Shown here piece after piece: positions 61,300 through 64,000 of a stretch of 64,000 nucleotides of DNA. Every line of letters begins with the position of its first letter. Positions within the stretch are counted from its first letter, which is position 1. Both the position numbers and the translations under genes were made by a program. A model generated the notes under the pieces. The model worked only from the letters and a program-made list of their open reading frames with translations, was not told the origin of the DNA and did no database searches. Source of the stretch: Limnothrix sp. BL-A-16 (GTDB taxonomy: Bacteria; Cyanobacteriota; Cyanobacteriia; CACIAM-69d); NCBI GenBank assembly GCA_041937175.2, contig CP166615.1, positions 3,072,001 to 3,136,000 of the forward strand, written 5' to 3'.

Positions 61300-62481
61300 A
61301 TGGTGACTTCCACTCCGTCCAATCAAGCTGCTAATGCCTCGCCGCTCGAGTCAGAGTCATCTGCACCGAGCACCGTTTCCCTCGATCAGCACGAGGTGCA
61401 AAACAGCGTGCGCCAGGCGGGCATTAACCCCAACTTCTGGTACGCGGTGGCTTGGTCTAATCAGTTGGCAGCGGGGCAAGTTTTGGGCGTGGAAGTGTGG
61501 CAGCAAAAAATCGCCCTCTATCGAGATCGATCGGGAGCGGTGCAAGCCCTCGAAGATGCCTGCCCCCATCGCGGCGTAGAACTGAGCCGGGGCAAGGTAA
61601 TGGGCGACCATCTGGCCTGTCGTTACCATGGCTGGGAATTTGATGGGGCGGGCCAATGCCGCAAGATTCCCTACTTGCCGCCGAGTCAGAAGCTGCCCTG
61701 TGCCCAGGCCCAGAGCTATCGCGCGGTCGATCGCTACGGGATTATTTGGGTGTTTCCCGGCGACCAGAGCCTAGCGGATCAAATGCCGCTGCCGGAAATT
61801 CCCGAATTTGACGATCCCCAATGGCTGGCCGTACCGGTGACCGGTTACTTCCGGGCCCATTTTTCCGTTTGTAATGAAAACTCGATGGATGTGTTCCACG
61901 GGTTTTTGCATGAGGAATTACAGGGTTGGTTTGATCCGGTGTTGCTGAAGCTCAAGGACGAAGGCAACGCGATCGTGGCTGATTACCAAGTGTCCTATAA
62001 GGGGCACATGGCCAAGTTTTTGGGCTTTACGGACTCGGCCGATCAAGTCACCACCAAGACCGTGACGGTGCAATATCGCTACCCGCACTTTTTCAGTCGC
62101 CTGGAAGGGGTGTCTAGTTTGTACTTGATGCGCCTGCCGGTGGGGCTGCGAGAGAGCCGATCGTTTGCGATTTTCTTTTTGCGGTTGGGGCTACCCGGTT
62201 GGCTGGTGCAGGCGGTGCGACCCTGGGCCGCTAAGCTGATTGAGCAAAAAATCTTTATGCGCTTTCTGAATCAAGACATTGAAATGATGGAAAGCGAACA
62301 ACGGGCGATCGATCGCGATCCACAGCGGCGGTATGTGGAAATCAACCCGGCAATTATTGCGGTTCAGCGCATGATTTTGCGCCAATATCAGCACTTTTTA
62401 GCGACTAAGCCCAACTCTCAAGGTGAATCAGCCCTCAGCCATAAGCTGGATCGCCAACCTAAAGCGGATCAGAAACCTTAA
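61300..62481 (+). CDS. Rieske non-heme iron oxygenase alpha subunit
   Basis: CPHRG...CRYHGW Rieske motif; ENSMDVFHGFLH mononuclear Fe motif; distal QD. Confidence 0.9.
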   Translation: MVTSTPSNQAANASPLESESSAPSTVSLDQHEVQNSVRQAGINPNFWYAVAWSNQLAAGQVLGVEVWQQKIALYRDRSGAVQALEDACPHRGVELSRGKVMGDHLACRYHGWEFDGAGQCRKIPYLPPSQKLPCAQAQSYRAVDRYGIIWVFPGDQSLADQMPLPEIPEFDDPQWLAVPVTGYFRAHFSVCNENSMDVFHGFLHEELQGWFDPVLLKLKDEGNAIVADYQVSYKGHMAKFLGFTDSADQVTTKTVTVQYRYPHFFSRLEGVSSLYLMRLPVGLRESRSFAIFFLRLGLPGWLVQAVRPWAAKLIEQKIFMRFLNQDIEMMESEQRAIDRDPQRRYVEINPAIIAVQRMILRQYQHFLATKPNSQGESALSHKLDRQPKADQKP

Positions 62482-62742
62482 GCGGATCAGAAATTTGTGA
62501 TCTACATCACTCTTTGATCCTGAGCGGGGGATCACCACAGCATCCCAATCACAACCGAATTGCCTCCATGCCCCAACTCGCGATCGGGGCCAGAAAACCT
62601 TGACAGAGACCTAGCTTCCAATCCCGATCAATCGGTAAACTAGGTTACGATCGCACCGATCGAAGTCAGGTTGTGGTAGAGCTTTCTTTCGATGCGGTCA
62701 TGCTGCCCACCGTTTACTCTTCGCCTGTAGAGGTTCCTGCTC

Positions 62743-64000
62743 GTGCGATCGCGAAACGCTTCCCAAATTGACTCTTCGATCGTGCCTGTGACGCGGCGCA
62801 CGGGCGCTTATGCTCTGCTCGATAGCCTGTGCCGTCATGGTGTGAAGCATATTTTCGGCTATCCCGGCGGCGCGATCCTGCCGATCTATGACGAACTCTA
62901 CGGCTTTGAAGTATCGGGCCAACTGAAACATATTTTGGTGCGCCATGAACAGGGCGCGGCCCACGCGGCGGATGGCTATGCCCGCGCCACCGGTCAGGTG
63001 GGGGTTTGCTTCGGAACTTCCGGCCCCGGAGCCACCAACCTGGTGACGGGGATTGCCACGGCCCACATGGATTCGATTCCCTTGGTGGTCATCACCGGGC
63101 AGGTTCCCCGCACGGCGATCGGAACCGATGCGTTCCAAGAAACGGACATTTGGGGCATTACGCTGCCGATCGTTAAGCATTCCTACGTGGTGCGCGATCC
63201 GGCCGATATGGCGGCGATCGTGGCGGAAGCGTTCTATATTGCCTCGTCGGGTCGTCCGGGCCCGGTGCTGATTGATGTGCCCAAGGATGTGGGCCTCGAA
63301 GAATTTGACTATGTGCCAGTGGAGCCGGGATCGATTCGGCCGGCGGGCTACAAGCCGACCGTGAAGGGCAACCCGCGCCAAATCACCCAGGCGATCGAAC
63401 TGATTCGCCATAGCCAGCGTCCCTTGCTCTATGTGGGTGGCGGGGCGATCGCGGCCGGGGCCCATGCGGAAATTGCCCGTTTGGCTGACCATTTCCGCCT
63501 GCCCACCACCACCACCCTGATGGGTAAGGGGGCCTTTGATGAGCATCACCCCTTGGCCTTGGGCATGTTGGGGATGCACGGCACGGCCTACGCCAACTTT
63601 GCCGTTACCGAGTGCGATTTGTTGATCGCCGTGGGGGCACGGTTTGACGATCGCGTCACCGGCAAGCTCGATGAGTTCGCCAGTCGCGCCAAGGTGATTC
63701 ACATCGACATCGATCCGGCCGAGGTGGGCAAAACCCGTGTACCGGATGTGCCGATCGTCGGGGATGTGAAGCAGGTGCTGATTGAACTGCTCGATCGGGT
63801 GCGGGAGCTGGAAATCGCCAGCGATCCGGCCCAAACGGCCGCTTGGCACACCCGCATCAACCAATGGAAAACCGACTATCCCTTGGTGGTGCCCAGCTAC
63901 GACAACGAAATCGCCCCCCAAGAGGTGATTGTGGAATTGGGTCGCCAAGCCCCCGATGCTTACTACACCACCGATGTGGGTCAGCACCAAATGTGGGCAG
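62743..64000 (+). CDS. ilvB: Acetolactate synthase large subunit (partial, runs off window end)
   Basis: Translated by hand from GTG 62743: [73 protein letters not shown]. Confidence 0.96.
   Translation, partial: MRSRNASQIDSSIVPVTRRTGAYALLDSLCRHGVKHIFGYPGGAILPIYDELYGFEVSGQLKHILVRHEQGAAHAADGYARATGQVGVCFGTSGPGATNLVTGIATAHMDSIPLVVITGQVPRTAIGTDAFQETDIWGITLPIVKHSYVVRDPADMAAIVAEAFYIASSGRPGPVLIDVPKDVGLEEFDYVPVEPGSIRPAGYKPTVKGNPRQITQAIELIRHSQRPLLYVGGGAIAAGAHAEIARLADHFRLPTTTTLMGKGAFDEHHPLALGMLGMHGTAYANFAVTECDLLIAVGARFDDRVTGKLDEFASRAKVIHIDIDPAEVGKTRVPDVPIVGDVKQVLIELLDRVRELEIASDPAQTAAWHTRINQWKTDYPLVVPSYDNEIAPQEVIVELGRQAPDAYYTTDVGQHQMWA

Noticed and set aside
61070..62481. Genomic island integrated at tRNA-Ser (or tRNA-Leu)
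   Set aside because: No integrase and no duplicated tRNA 3' end seen; HIP1 density is normal in the flanking genes.
62692..62771. ilvB attenuator leader peptide
   Set aside because: The short upstream ORFs lack runs of Ile/Leu/Val codons and no terminator follows.
62698..63990. 430-aa minus-strand ORF
   Set aside because: Antisense shadow of ilvB, which the ORF track missed because it runs off the window.

Overview
A 64-kb chromosomal segment of a cyanobacterium. The evidence is extreme HIP1 (GCGATCGC) density, the genes psaE, ndhF1, ndhH, hli and sigF, and a tRNA-Leu(UAA) with a group I intron. An HpsE-like gene and a PEP-CTERM gene suggest a filamentous, motile strain (inference). It holds about 40 mostly housekeeping, envelope and signalling genes, 2 tRNAs and three histidine kinases. 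No transposase, integrase, phage gene or CRISPR array was seen. The most unusual signals are non-coding. (1) Several genes (sigF, ndhF1, a cupin, a PilP-like gene, cytochrome b561, vanY-like) are followed directly by tandem copies of their own 3' ends. Most of these copies differ mainly at synonymous or third-codon positions, like a stacked record of former C-termini. (2) A 130-139 bp MITE with 3-bp target duplications occurs in three copies. Its internal 24-bp hairpin is forward in one copy, a perfect palindrome in the second and inverted in the third, and it is shared with a second 85-bp repeat family. Other notable items: an NCS1-like permease fused to a histidine kinase, a Zur box between a Zn-independent hemB and folE, an archaeal-type CoaBC-like protein lacking the usual catalytic Cys, and a PilP-like lipoprotein behind sigF. 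All calls come from motif recognition by eye; no searches were run.
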